In this document: one piece after another, positions 21,903 to 31,627 of the stretch
How the letters are laid out: each line of letters starts with the position of its first letter
Position numbering within the stretch: position 1 is the stretch's first letter
Source of the DNA: an uncultured PS1 clade bacterium
GTDB lineage: Bacteria > Pseudomonadota > Gammaproteobacteria > PS1 > Pseudothioglobaceae
Assembly (NCBI GenBank): GCA_943846775.1
Contig: OX044368.1
Coordinates: 283,153 to 347,152, forward strand
Direction of reading: 5' to 3'
DNA length: 64,000 bases
Position numbers and translations under genes: made by a program
The notes under the pieces: generated by a model
What the model was told of the DNA's origin: nothing
What the model saw: only the letters and a program-made list of their open reading frames with translations
Database searches by the model: none

Positions 21903-22440
21903 TCACCAAGCGCACATAAGCATCAAACGATTTATCTGAACTCTGACTACCGCCATAATAAAACGGTACGTCAATGGCGATACTATTACTTAGTTGATTA
22001 GAGCTCCAATAAGATTTCAATTGAGTATTTGGAAAAAACTGCTGATCAATGAGTAAATCATTATCGCCAAATACGAGTAAAGTTTTAAGTTCTGCTTGTG
22101 TTGGCAGGCGCCAGTCTTTCTGCTTACAAAGCTTGATGGCATTAATGGCTTGAACATATGCTTGCGTATTGCAAGACTCTGCCCAATGACAATTGTGCGA
22201 ATAATCGCCATTTTGAGTGCCTGTTTTCTCATCAAACCAAGTGTAGGTATTTTGGGTATTTTGCAAACCTTTTGCGTTAAGCTTGACCTCCCAAACCAGT
22301 TTTGATCGATCGTCTAAAACGCAACGATGATCAGCAGAAGTGTTGCTTAGAATCAAGCCTCGATCAGACACCTTAAAAAGCTTAGCGTTAGCCACGCTAG
22401 CAATTGATATTAAAATTGAAAATAATAATCTAGACGTCAT
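21889..22440 (-). CDS. Secreted DUF1566 (Lcl C-terminal domain) protein
   Basis: Signal peptide; V.D..S.L.WE, LC...DWRLPT..EL..L, FPN.....YWSS, VRLV motifs. Confidence 0.8.
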   Translation of the reverse strand: MTSRLLFSILISIASVANAKLFKVSDRGLILSNTSADHRCVLDDRSKLVWEVKLNAKGLQNTQNTYTWFDEKTGTQNGDYSHNCHWAESCNTQAYVQAINAIKLCKQKDWRLPTQAELKTLLVFGDNDLLIDQQFFPNTQLKSYWSSNQLSNSIAIDVPFYYGGSQSSDKSFDAYVRLVSDAN

Positions 22441-23419
22441 GAGTAATAAGCTGGGTCACTCTTTTGGCACTTTCTGGCGCTGTATTAAGACCGTTACGAA
22501 AATGACCCGTGTTTAAAAAGACATTATCAAATTGAGCGTGCTTGCCCAGCATCACTTTAGAAGATTTGCTTGCTGGCCTAAAGCCTGCCCAATGATGCTC
22601 AACTTTAGCATTTGAAAGTGCGCTGAATTTTTGCAAAGCAAACTTATGCAAATCATGACGAGTTTTATCATCTGTGGAACGATCAAATCCAACATTTTGC
22701 ATGGTTGATCCGACCAAAATTCGTCCATCTTGACGTGGAATAATATAGAGACCTTGATCAAGCACAATATGCTCAACCACCTCTGGCTTGGACCTAAGCA
22801 CAATCATTTGCCCCTTCATAGGGAATACTTCTTCTTTTAGCGACAACCATTGAGAACTCCAAGCACCTGAACAAGCCACGACACAATCTGCTAAATATGT
22901 TTGATTGTTGCTTGCAACGCCCAAGGCTTTATAATGTTGTGTTAATAATTTTTCAATTTTAACCTGTTCAATAATCTTAACTCCTTTTTGAATAATATCA
23001 GCCTTAAGCGCTTTAAGTAAACGTGGGTTCCGCACTTGGGCGATATTATCAAACAAAGCACCGTGAGGATGCGAGCGATAAGCTAAATCATAACGCGTCA
23101 TCCATTCTTTTGCCTCATCTGAGTCATACTCATCTATCATTAATAGTCCAGATTTTAAATACTGTGGATCAAGCCCCGTGTCTTCTAATATTTGAGCGCA
23201 TAATTGTTCATATACAGCCTGAGAAGCTAAGCTTAAATCATTAGTTAAATCATCATATTTCCAAGGGTAGAGTGGAGAAATAATACCGCCACCTGCCCAA
23301 GAAGACTCTTGAGCGCAAGCTTGTTGATCAATTAAGGTGACCTGAGCACCAGCTAAAGCAAGCTCTCGAGCATTCATCATGCCAATCACACCTCCGCCAA
23401 TAATCAAGCAATCACTCAT
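22430..23419 (-). CDS. thiO: FAD-dependent glycine oxidase (ThiO/DAO family)
   Basis: IIGGGVIG, SSWAGGGI..PL.PW, KGQM, WAGFRP, NTGHFRNG; start MSD overlapping the lspA stop. Confidence 0.8.
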   Translation of the reverse strand: MSDCLIIGGGVIGMMNARELALAGAQVTLIDQQACAQESSWAGGGIISPLYPWKYDDLTNDLSLASQAVYEQLCAQILEDTGLDPQYLKSGLLMIDEYDSDEAKEWMTRYDLAYRSHPHGALFDNIAQVRNPRLLKALKADIIQKGVKIIEQVKIEKLLTQHYKALGVASNNQTYLADCVVACSGAWSSQWLSLKEEVFPMKGQMIVLRSKPEVVEHIVLDQGLYIIPRQDGRILVGSTMQNVGFDRSTDDKTRHDLHKFALQKFSALSNAKVEHHWAGFRPASKSSKVMLGKHAQFDNVFLNTGHFRNGLNTAPESAKRVTQLITHDV

Positions 23420-23891
23420 GCTTTGTTTTTTTTTCATTGTATAAATCCACTAAAATCAATAAAATAACGCCCAAAGTAATTGCTATATCTGCCACATTAA
23501 ATACCGGCCAATAAAAATCTTGGTAATGCAAATCAATAAAATCAATCACAAAGCCAAGCACAGCCCGATCAATTAAATTACCAATCGCACCTGAGAGAAT
23601 AAGGCCAAGTGCAGCAAGCTTAAACACTTGGGTCTGGCTTGTTTTAACCATCCAAATAACAATTGCCAAGCTGGCCACTGATGAAATAGTTACTAAAAAA
23701 TACTGTTGCCAGCCATCTTCATTGGCCAAAAAACTAAAGGCAGCGCCATAATTATGCACATGACTAATGCTTAAAAAACTAGTAATTTCAAAAGACTCAT
23801 ATAGTTTTAAATAGTCATACACCATTAGCTTAGTCAGCTGATCAATCACCACCAATAACAACACTAAAACGAACCACTTAGCATGCTTCAT
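23412..23891 (-). CDS. lspA: Lipoprotein signal peptidase II
   Basis: DQLTK, NYGAAFS, GAIGNLIDR, VIDFI, FNVAD. Confidence 0.97.
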   Translation of the reverse strand: MKHAKWFVLVLLLVVIDQLTKLMVYDYLKLYESFEITSFLSISHVHNYGAAFSFLANEDGWQQYFLVTISSVASLAIVIWMVKTSQTQVFKLAALGLILSGAIGNLIDRAVLGFVIDFIDLHYQDFYWPVFNVADIAITLGVILLILVDLYNEKKTKHE

Positions 23892-25348
23892 GCTTTACTA
23901 GGGTTGTATTTAATAATGGTTACAATTGGAACAACAAATCCAGTAATAATTACCACCCAAAGTAAACTACCAAGTTCACTATAGTTTTGAGCGGTAGTAA
24001 TAACACCCTCTGTAACCACCTCACGACTAACGACAAAGACCTGATTTAAATATTTGGTAAAGAGCCCACCAGCAGTTAAAGCAATATTCATCAAACTTGC
24101 CATAAGCGCAAACCAAGTGCCCTTTTTACCCTCAGGCGCATAAATAGCGACCAAAGTTAGCATAAGCACTTGGGCGATATAATCAAAAGGAGAAGCTATT
24201 GCTGTATCCACTAAAGCTACCGTTCGTGCATCAAACCCTAACATAGTGTGTATATCGTAATACATGGCAACAATTGGCATAGACAGTAACGTACCAATAA
24301 TGGTTAAAAAAATAAGCACTTCAGCAATATCACGTTTAATGATAAATTTAGCTGAAAACCACATGCCTGCTAAAGCAATACCACCACCAATAGCGGATAA
24401 TTTTGCAAAAAAAGATTCGTCAAAGCCAAGCACATCAATTTGCCACCAACTTAATCCTGCGCCAACGGAAGGCATAGCGCGATAAACAAAAATAATAATC
24501 ATGGCCATTTTGATATGACGAATGGTTTTTGGATCAAGATCATTGATTAAATCATTCAATAAATACAAAATAACAAACAAAGATATAACAAAGACTATTT
24601 CTTGTGAATAAGCTATATCATTGTAACCCATGACAATAATAAAAACTGCAAATGCCATTCCACCATAAAGCACGTGCTTATTTATCGGGGATATTTTTAC
24701 GTCATTAAGCCTAACTAAACCAACACCAATGATTGATAAAACAGGTACAAAAAGTGCAATCATAAATACAATTTCGCGCTCATCTTTGTAAATATCTGCA
24801 ATTTCTCCGCCAATCCAGCCAGTGAGAAATATCGCTAAACCTAGAGACAGTCTTGCTAAAACTTGAATAGTGGCAAGCTCGTGATGAATTTCTTCTTCAG
24901 ATTGGTTTTTATCATAAACTTCAGTAGTCATGGTATCAGCCACCACATCTTGCATTACAAAACCAATAACAGCAATTACACTAGCAAAAATATAAATAGT
25001 TTTCTTTGAGTAATCCTCAACAATAGGATAATCACCCACTACAGCAATCATTAATAATGAGCTTATGGTGATAAGTGCCGCACCAATGTATACATAGGAT
25101 TTTCGATTAGATCCAAAAATATTAATACTATCAACCATGGAACCAAAAATCATTTTTACTGTCCAAGGTACGGTAAGCCAAATACCTAATTCGGCGAGAT
25201 CTGCCGCAGTCATGTCTAATGCTTCTTTAACCCAAAACTGCTGAGCAATGCCCACAAAAACACTGCTTCCATAAGCAAAATAAATCAACAGCAACGGAAT
25301 ATATCGCATTCTAAAAGCGCGAATCGGGGTTAAGAAAATATCCAACAT
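23888..25348 (-). CDS. BT1/FBT-family (folate-biopterin) MFS transporter
   Basis: PW.VK..FG...D....FG..RKSY signature; about 12 TM segments; likely start MLDIFLTP. Confidence 0.7.
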   Translation of the reverse strand: MLDIFLTPIRAFRMRYIPLLLIYFAYGSSVFVGIAQQFWVKEALDMTAADLAELGIWLTVPWTVKMIFGSMVDSINIFGSNRKSYVYIGAALITISSLLMIAVVGDYPIVEDYSKKTIYIFASVIAVIGFVMQDVVADTMTTEVYDKNQSEEEIHHELATIQVLARLSLGLAIFLTGWIGGEIADIYKDEREIVFMIALFVPVLSIIGVGLVRLNDVKISPINKHVLYGGMAFAVFIIVMGYNDIAYSQEIVFVISLFVILYLLNDLINDLDPKTIRHIKMAMIIIFVYRAMPSVGAGLSWWQIDVLGFDESFFAKLSAIGGGIALAGMWFSAKFIIKRDIAEVLIFLTIIGTLLSMPIVAMYYDIHTMLGFDARTVALVDTAIASPFDYIAQVLMLTLVAIYAPEGKKGTWFALMASLMNIALTAGGLFTKYLNQVFVVSREVVTEGVITTAQNYSELGSLLWVVIITGFVVPIVTIIKYNPSKA

Positions 25349-25440
25349 TTGTAAAATAATAATTAGCAGAAACAGTTGATTATTATAGGGGTTGTGTAGG
25401 TTATAATCTAGGATTTTATAAATCACAAAATGGAGAATTT

Positions 25441-26223
25441 ATGGGTTTCATGACTGGAAAAAAAGCATTGATTGTTGGCGTTGCTTCTAATCGCTCTATC
25501 GCTTGGGGTATTGCCGAAGCCATGGCAAAACAAGGGTGTGAAATTGCACTAACCTATCAAAACGAAAAATTAAAAAAACGCGTTGATAAATGTGCCGAAG
25601 TTTGTAACTCTAACATCGTGATTGAATGTGACGTAGCAACAGATAAAGGTATTGAACAAACCTTTACAGAGCTTAAAAAACATTGGGATAATTTTGACAT
25701 TATTGTTCATTCAGTCGCATTTGCACCTCGTGAAGCACTTGATGGCAACTACGTTGAAGCCACCACGCGTGAGAATTTTGCCACTGCACACGATATTAGC
25801 TCTTACAGTTTTACGGCATTGGCTAAATATGGCTCATCCATGCTTAACGACAATGGTGCGCTATTAACTGTTAGCTATCTAGGTGCGATTCGCGCCATTC
25901 CTAACTACAACGTCATGGGTGTTGCCAAAGCCTCGCTTGAGGCGAATGTGCGTTATATGGCTGCAGCTATGGGGCCTGAGCGAGGTATTCGTGTTAATGC
26001 GGTATCGGCAGGACCGATCAAAACCCTAGCTGCCTCAGGTATTAAAGACTTTGGAAAATTGCTGGACTATGCCGCGGACTCTTCAGCCTTAAAACGCACC
26101 GTCACTACAGAGGAAGTTGGCAATGCCGCGGCTTTTTTATGCTCAGATTTAGCCTCGGGCATTACTGGCGAAGTGACTTATATCGATTCAGGTTATAGCT
26201 TTTATGACAAAGGGCCTGAATAA
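25441..26223 (+). CDS. fabI: Enoyl-ACP reductase
   Basis: [36 protein letters not shown]. Confidence 0.97.
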   Translation: MGFMTGKKALIVGVASNRSIAWGIAEAMAKQGCEIALTYQNEKLKKRVDKCAEVCNSNIVIECDVATDKGIEQTFTELKKHWDNFDIIVHSVAFAPREALDGNYVEATTRENFATAHDISSYSFTALAKYGSSMLNDNGALLTVSYLGAIRAIPNYNVMGVAKASLEANVRYMAAAMGPERGIRVNAVSAGPIKTLAASGIKDFGKLLDYAADSSALKRTVTTEEVGNAAAFLCSDLASGITGEVTYIDSGYSFYDKGPE

Positions 26224-26241
26224 GCATTAAACACTTAAAAC

Positions 26242-26273
26242 AAAAAAAGCCTTGATAAATCAAGGCTTTTTTT
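26242..26273. terminator. Bidirectional intrinsic terminator between fabI and the DUF302 operon
   Basis: aaaaaaagccttgat-aa-atcaaggcttttttt. Confidence 0.9.
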
Positions 26274-26277
26274 GTGT

Positions 26278-26733
26278 CTATTTATATTGATTTTTAACTT
26301 GTTTTAAGATGTTTTTCATATCTTCATTCCAGCGAAAAATCTGCATTCTATCTTCATCAGTCTCAACTAATGGTAATAAATTTATTGGAGGCGTGGCAAT
26401 GATCAATGTATGTATGCCCTCTTCCATAGCAGTTATCTTTAATGGAAAAAAAGGTGACAGCTTTGGATATTTCTTACTCATCGCCTGCATTTCATCATAC
26501 TGACCAAAAAACAAAATACGGTATTTATCTGATTTGTAATGACGCTCATTTAAAGCAAAGTCACAACGCTGAAGATAAGCTGCTTTATAGCCATTTGCCT
26601 TAATGGTTTTATCAAGTGCTAACCAAGTATAAGAAAACTTAGCATTCACTCGCTCGATCAGCAATTCACCTTGATTAGCAAAAGCATTTGAAGTAAAAAT
26701 TAAAACCCATAGAGCTAAAATTCTAACTACCAT
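26278..26733 (-). CDS. Secreted DUF302-family protein
   Basis: Signal peptide (AFA site); Y.ILFF, P.L....PLKI...EE pattern of DUF302; start overlaps the upstream stop. Confidence 0.6.
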   Translation of the reverse strand: MVVRILALWVLIFTSNAFANQGELLIERVNAKFSYTWLALDKTIKANGYKAAYLQRCDFALNERHYKSDKYRILFFGQYDEMQAMSKKYPKLSPFFPLKITAMEEGIHTLIIATPPINLLPLVETDEDRMQIFRWNEDMKNILKQVKNQYK

Positions 26734-27752
26734 ATCGCCTCCTCAACCATCTCTTTCATACTATCAATCAAATCCTTTGCTTCAATAGCAATTTGCTCAT
26801 TATTGAAACGAAGTACAGCATGCATATAGTTTTCTAAATAGATGTGCACTTCTCCTTGATCGTTTTCGATGACTGTCGCTCTACACGGCAACATAACACC
26901 TAGTCTCGGATCAAGCTTGAGAAATTTTTGCATGTTTTTAAAATTACAAAATCTGACCACAACCTGCTTTTCATCTTCAATTGACTGCTTTCCAAAGCCC
27001 TCAAATAAGGTTCTAGATGGGTACACTCTAAAATTATAAGCGGCAGCTGAATCTCTTAGTTTGTCAACTGTCGTTCCAAGATTATGTTGAGATTGGTAAA
27101 CAAATACCAACGGCTCTTTGGTTGCTTCAGGTTTATTATCAAACTGCGCTGACTTTTGATGTGAGCGAATATAAGCCACCAAGTCATTTGCCATTTGATC
27201 GGTAAAATTAAACTCTTTCTTAAACGACATCATTTCCGTATCTTTGATACCGTTCATGATAATGTGTTTAATCATTTGATCTTCAGCAGCATGCAAAAAA
27301 CCTTGATTAGCCAGTGCTGGCGGAGAGACCTCTCGATCTTTTTGCCATGAGAAATTTTTACCTGTACCTTCACCACCTTCTAGTTGTGAGCCATGACAAC
27401 GTTGACAATACTGCTCATAGGTATGTTTGCCTGCCTGCGCATCACCTGCAATGACTGCTTGGCTGTATTGAGGCGCTTTAACACCAGCACGCAAGAAACG
27501 AATCAACTTGGTCATTTGCGCATTAGAAAGATTAAACCCTGGCATAATTCTTCCAGGACGACCATATTTAATAGTTTTTTTAAGGTAATTATCTGAATGA
27601 TTGGCAATGGTTGAACGATACAACGGCAAACCTAAAGACCCTTGTTGAGAAAACCCGTGACACTTTTCACAATTTTCAAAATAAATTTCTTGTCCGCCAG
27701 CAAAACTTAACCAAGGTAGCAAAAAAATAATCAATAACTTCTTTGATTTCAC
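26727..27752 (-). CDS. Dihaem c-type cytochrome (CcoP-like class I domains) fused to a C-terminal DUF302
   Basis: Signal peptide; CEKCH and CQRCH haem motifs with candidate axial Met in GRIMPGF and TEMMSF; C-terminal FCN...DPRLGVMLPCR. Confidence 0.8.
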   Translation of the reverse strand: MKSKKLLIIFLLPWLSFAGGQEIYFENCEKCHGFSQQGSLGLPLYRSTIANHSDNYLKKTIKYGRPGRIMPGFNLSNAQMTKLIRFLRAGVKAPQYSQAVIAGDAQAGKHTYEQYCQRCHGSQLEGGEGTGKNFSWQKDREVSPPALANQGFLHAAEDQMIKHIIMNGIKDTEMMSFKKEFNFTDQMANDLVAYIRSHQKSAQFDNKPEATKEPLVFVYQSQHNLGTTVDKLRDSAAAYNFRVYPSRTLFEGFGKQSIEDEKQVVVRFCNFKNMQKFLKLDPRLGVMLPCRATVIENDQGEVHIYLENYMHAVLRFNNEQIAIEAKDLIDSMKEMVEEAIW

Positions 27753-27783
27753 TATATCTCTCTCTTTATATTTTTATAAGCAT

Positions 27784-27825
27784 ATTCTAATATACTTACC
27801 CTATAAAAAAATTGATGTATGTCAA
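27784..27825 (-). promoter_or_regulatory. FNR/Anr-type site plus -10 element (class II promoter) for the cytochrome c-DUF302 operon
   Basis: TTGAT-GTAT-GTCAA at 27812-27825 (9/10 to TTGAT-N4-ATCAA); minus-strand TAGAAT at 27789-27784 places the site centre at -41.5. Confidence 0.7.
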
Positions 27826-27876
27826 TAAAAGATTTTTTATTTTAGCTAAGCTAATCGTCTCATGATTAGCTACGGA

Positions 27877-29721
27877 TTAAAGTTTCGAATTAAAGACTTT
27901 AATTTCAGCTTTTGCACGCAAAGTTTGCAAGATATTAACAAACACTTCATTTGACTCAAAACCTAATAATATAGCCTCAAGGTTCGCCGCTGATGTTTTA
28001 GATTCCGACACCTTAACCCCTGTTAAGTTGATGACTAATGCATTTCTTGCGTCTAGACTTTGAGCGCTAATAACAGGTTCAGATGCTGGCTTTGATAGTG
28101 CAAAAACCTTATTTACAATCGCAACATCTGTTTTAGTTGTATCGCGTTTAATCCAATCAACCGACTCCCACTTAAGAGAATTTTTATCTAACAATTGATC
28201 TAAAGATTTGTCATCTCCGCCTTTCGCAGAAGTGACAATTTGAGCGGCGACATTATCAACAAAAGTCTTAGCTAATAGACGAGTTAAGTGTATATTAATT
28301 TCGTCCTTTACCTCATCAAATGTCTTTTGACGTTGAGCCAATTTATCTTTTAGGCGCACCACAACAAAACGATCCTTATCTAGCTCTAAGACTTCTGAAT
28401 TTTCACCCTTGTTTAAGACAACATCACTAAATGCAGTGGCAACAATCTTAGAGTCAAGTTGAGTGCTTGATCTGGTGAAAAAATCACTGGTATTAATCTT
28501 TAATGCCATTTGGCTGGCCAACTCTTCTAGATTGGTCTCATAAGCTAAATTAGCCATTTGCTCGGTTAAATTATAAAGATCTTTTTGCGCTTTCGTCTCA
28601 GTATAAAGCTGCATTAACTCAGATCTAACTTCCGAAAAAGGCTTTACTGAGCCAGCTTGAATCTTGTTAAGCTTAATAATATGGTAGCCAAAATCAGACT
28701 TTACCAACTCACTCAGCTGCCCTTCTTGCATAGCAAACACGGCATTTTCAAAAGCATCAACCATCACCCCACGACCAAACAAACCTAAATCACCGCCTGA
28801 ATCTTTAGAGCCTGTATCTTCAGAATATTGCGCTGCCAACTTATCAAAGTCAACGCCTTGGCCAAGCAAGTCTAGCACCTTGTTGGCTAACTCTTTACTA
28901 GGTAACAAGATATGTTGTGCTTGACGCTCTTCTTCTGAGGTAAATCTAGCCTGCTCATCTTCATAGAAATTAAACAGTTCATCATCTGTTGCCTCAATAG
29001 TTTTGGCAATCTCAGCTAAAGAAAGCTCAACAAACTCAATTTTTGCCTGCTCAGGTTCAAAAAATGATTCTTTTTGATTATTGTAGTAATCCTTAACACT
29101 TTTAGCGTCAACAGTAACCTTGTTGGTGTAATCATCAGCATTCAACTTAATATAGGAAAACTTTCGCTGTTGATCATTTAGATTTTGTAATCTTTGAAGC
29201 TGCGAAGGCAACATAAAAGCAGAATCAAGTAGATTGTATTTAATCTGATTTTGCGTTAGCTCTTTAGCTCTAACAGATTCATATTCGGCGGGCGTATAGC
29301 CATTTAATCTTAATAAATTTTTGTATTTGTCTAGCGAGAAACGCCCCTGCTCTTGAAATAACTCATTAGCTTGGATAATGGCGTTTAATTCTGAACTACT
29401 GGTTGCATGAGACATCTGCTCAGCCAACTGATTTAACAAGCGCTTATCAATCATTTGGTTAATAATTGATTGCTTTAAAACAGCGTCAAATTCTGTATTG
29501 TACTGCTCGGCTAACTTTTGTTGAAGTCGTCTTTTTTGAGGGTTAAATTCGGCCAAAAAGGCTTCTTTTGAAATCTCGTCATCATCAATTGAGGCGACAA
29601 CAACATTAGAGGCGCCAGTAAAGTATTCGTTAACACCGAATAAGGCAAATGGAACAGTGATCAAACCGACAATTAAATAGGCCAACCAGCCCTTGGTTTT
29701 GTTTTTAATAGAACTAAGCAT
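27877..29721 (-). CDS. ppiD: Periplasmic chaperone/PPIase PpiD
   Basis: N-terminal anchor, SurA-like domain, parvulin domain (RQAQHIL, YSEDTGSKDSGGDLG, SDFGYHII); downstream of hupB. Confidence 0.93.
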   Translation of the reverse strand: MLSSIKNKTKGWLAYLIVGLITVPFALFGVNEYFTGASNVVVASIDDDEISKEAFLAEFNPQKRRLQQKLAEQYNTEFDAVLKQSIINQMIDKRLLNQLAEQMSHATSSSELNAIIQANELFQEQGRFSLDKYKNLLRLNGYTPAEYESVRAKELTQNQIKYNLLDSAFMLPSQLQRLQNLNDQQRKFSYIKLNADDYTNKVTVDAKSVKDYYNNQKESFFEPEQAKIEFVELSLAEIAKTIEATDDELFNFYEDEQARFTSEEERQAQHILLPSKELANKVLDLLGQGVDFDKLAAQYSEDTGSKDSGGDLGLFGRGVMVDAFENAVFAMQEGQLSELVKSDFGYHIIKLNKIQAGSVKPFSEVRSELMQLYTETKAQKDLYNLTEQMANLAYETNLEELASQMALKINTSDFFTRSSTQLDSKIVATAFSDVVLNKGENSEVLELDKDRFVVVRLKDKLAQRQKTFDEVKDEINIHLTRLLAKTFVDNVAAQIVTSAKGGDDKSLDQLLDKNSLKWESVDWIKRDTTKTDVAIVNKVFALSKPASEPVISAQSLDARNALVINLTGVKVSESKTSAANLEAILLGFESNEVFVNILQTLRAKAEIKVFNSKL

Positions 29722-29872
29722 AAGTATGAATGGCTTGATCCTTGAAAGACAAGCGACAAAATTTAAACAATAAAAAACAAATGATTATAAACGAAAAAGT
29801 TTATAAAAATAAAAGGTGTTTTAGATAGTTTTAAATTGATTTGAATTCGGATGCCAAAACTAGGGATAGTTA

Positions 29873-29949
<77 letters not shown>

Positions 29950-29961
29950 GAGATGTTTTTT

Positions 29962-30037
29962 TGGTGGGCGATACAAGACTTGAACTTGTGACATTCGCCT
30001 TGTAAGGGCGACGCTCTACCAACTGAGCTAATCGCCC
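29962..30037 (-). tRNA. tRNA-Val (TAC)
   Basis: Minus strand GGGCGATTAGCTCAG...CTTACAA...GTTCAAG...CCA; 76 nt cloverleaf. Confidence 0.98.
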
Positions 30038-30096
30038 AAAAAAACATGTGCCTAATACTTAAAGATAAGCACCGGGCACATTATACTGAAAAAATC

Positions 30097-30372
30097 TTAA
30101 GAGTTAACTGATTCTTTAAGTAATTTACCTGCTTTAAATGCAGGAACTTTAGATGCAGCAATTTGAATCGCTGCACCTGTTTGTGGATTACGACCTGTGC
30201 GTGCTGCACGGTCTCTTACCAAAAAGCTTCCAAAGCCTGTAATTGCTACACTATCGCCTGCTGACAATGCTGAAGTGATCGCACCTGTTGTTGCATCTAA
30301 TGCGCGAGCTGCGTCTGCTTTTGTTAAACCTGAAGTTTCTGCAATTGCTGCTACTAAATCTGATTTATTCAT
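30097..30372 (-). CDS. hupB: DNA-binding protein HU
   Basis: [27 protein letters not shown]. Confidence 0.95.
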   Translation of the reverse strand: MNKSDLVAAIAETSGLTKADAARALDATTGAITSALSAGDSVAITGFGSFLVRDRAARTGRNPQTGAAIQIAASKVPAFKAGKLLKESVNS

Positions 30373-30448
30373 TACTTTATTCTCCTATTTTGTAATTTGT
30401 ATGTCATTATTAAATTTTGTTAAGCCTTTGAGCTACTGCTTTAGAGGA

Positions 30449-30476
30449 ATTATCCATTAAATACCCACACTGTCAA
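30449..30476 (-). promoter_or_regulatory. Sigma70-type promoter for hupB-tRNA
   Basis: TTGACA (30476-30471), 16 nt spacer, GATAAT (30454-30449). Confidence 0.6.
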
Positions 30477-30504
30477 TCAATTTTTTTTAAAAAAAATATA
30501 AATT

Positions 30505-31044
30505 TTATGTATTAGTTTTTGCTGATATTTTAAGCTGTTGAATTAACGGTAAAATTTGTGTTTTCCAGATCTCTGGTGTGAGCTGACCAATGCGCTTGTA
30601 GCGAATAATTCCTTGACTATCGACAAGAAAAGTCTCAGGTGTAGCATATACACCAAGCTCTAAACCTAAATTTCCCTGCTCATCAAATATAATTTGATCA
30701 TAAGGATTACCCAATCTATCTAAAAAAAACTGACCTTCTTTTCGCGTATCTTTGTAATTAACGCCAAGCATTTTGACATTACTGGATTGCGCAATTTCCA
30801 TTAACATTTGATGCTCTGCTCGACAAGTAACACACCATGAGGCCCAAACATTAACCATGGTTATATTGCCTTCTAGTTGAGATTGAGTTGTATAGCGCTT
30901 ATAAGTATTAAAATCTTCTACTTCTAGATTTGGAAAAGATTTACCAATTAAAGGAGAAGGAAGCTTTTTGGTATCACGGCCCAGACCATCAAACAAAAAC
31001 CACGCCAAAATAACAAAAACAGCTAATGGTAAAAATTTACCCAT
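30505..31044 (-). CDS. ccmG: Cytochrome c maturation thiol:disulfide oxidoreductase CcmG/DsbE
   Basis: LPSPLIGK, NVWASWCVTCRAEH, GVYATPETF. Confidence 0.93.
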   Translation of the reverse strand: MGKFLPLAVFVILAWFLFDGLGRDTKKLPSPLIGKSFPNLEVEDFNTYKRYTTQSQLEGNITMVNVWASWCVTCRAEHQMLMEIAQSSNVKMLGVNYKDTRKEGQFFLDRLGNPYDQIIFDEQGNLGLELGVYATPETFLVDSQGIIRYKRIGQLTPEIWKTQILPLIQQLKISAKTNT

Positions 31045-31047
31045 AAT

Positions 31048-31464
31048 TTACTTTTCAGCCTTTTCTAGCGCATCAGCTACTTCAGGTGGCATGTAGTTTT
31101 CATCATGCTTAGCTAATACCTCTGTTGCAATAAAAGTACCATTTACCAAAGAACCTGTCGTAATAATACCCTGGCCCTCTCTAAATAAATCTGGCAAGAT
31201 GCCTGTGTATTTAATTTTAAACGTCTCTTTATTATCAGTAACCTCAAAATTAACCGTCATATCTTCGCGTATGACACTGCCATTTGCAACCAGCCCGCCT
31301 AAGCGGAAACTTTTTCCAACTGGCGCTTTACCCTCAGCCACTTCAGTCGGCGAATAAAAGTAATTGGTATTACTGCCTAGCGCTTGTAGTAACAAAGTAA
31401 TTGCCAATATCGCACCCGCCACTAGCAAGGCCACTAACACCATTCTATTTTGTCGTTTTGTCAT
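31048..31464 (-). CDS. ccmE: Haem chaperone CcmE
   Basis: RLGGLV, LPDLFREGQG, LAKHDENYMPPEV. Confidence 0.96.
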   Translation of the reverse strand: MTKRQNRMVLVALLVAGAILAITLLLQALGSNTNYFYSPTEVAEGKAPVGKSFRLGGLVANGSVIREDMTVNFEVTDNKETFKIKYTGILPDLFREGQGIITTGSLVNGTFIATEVLAKHDENYMPPEVADALEKAEK

Positions 31465-31465
31465 G

Positions 31466-31627
31466 TTATAAATCCCTTAAATATTTAACTCGTAATTTTC
31501 TAATAGTGTCGAGGCGAGACTTTTTTGCTCTTAAAAATAAAAATGCAATCGTGACAAAAGTCAATCCATATGAAAACCAAATATAGACCGCATATTTGTC
31601 AAATACTAATTGTGCGAATATGTCCAT
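31466..31627 (-). CDS. ccmD: Haem exporter protein CcmD (53 aa; missing from the ORF track)
   Basis: Hand translation MDIFAQLVFDKYAVYIWFSYGLTFVTIAFLFLRAKKSRLDTIRKLRVKYLRDL; Y..YIW.SYG motif; TAATG overlap with ccmC. Confidence 0.9.
   Translation of the reverse strand: MDIFAQLVFDKYAVYIWFSYGLTFVTIAFLFLRAKKSRLDTIRKLRVKYLRDL

Noticed and set aside
23420-25440. TPP riboswitch for thiO
   Set aside because: thiO is internal to an operon and I saw no TPP aptamer core upstream
27849-27871. agctaatc/gattagct hairpin as the ppiD terminator
   Set aside because: No U tract follows on the minus strand, so it was left uncalled
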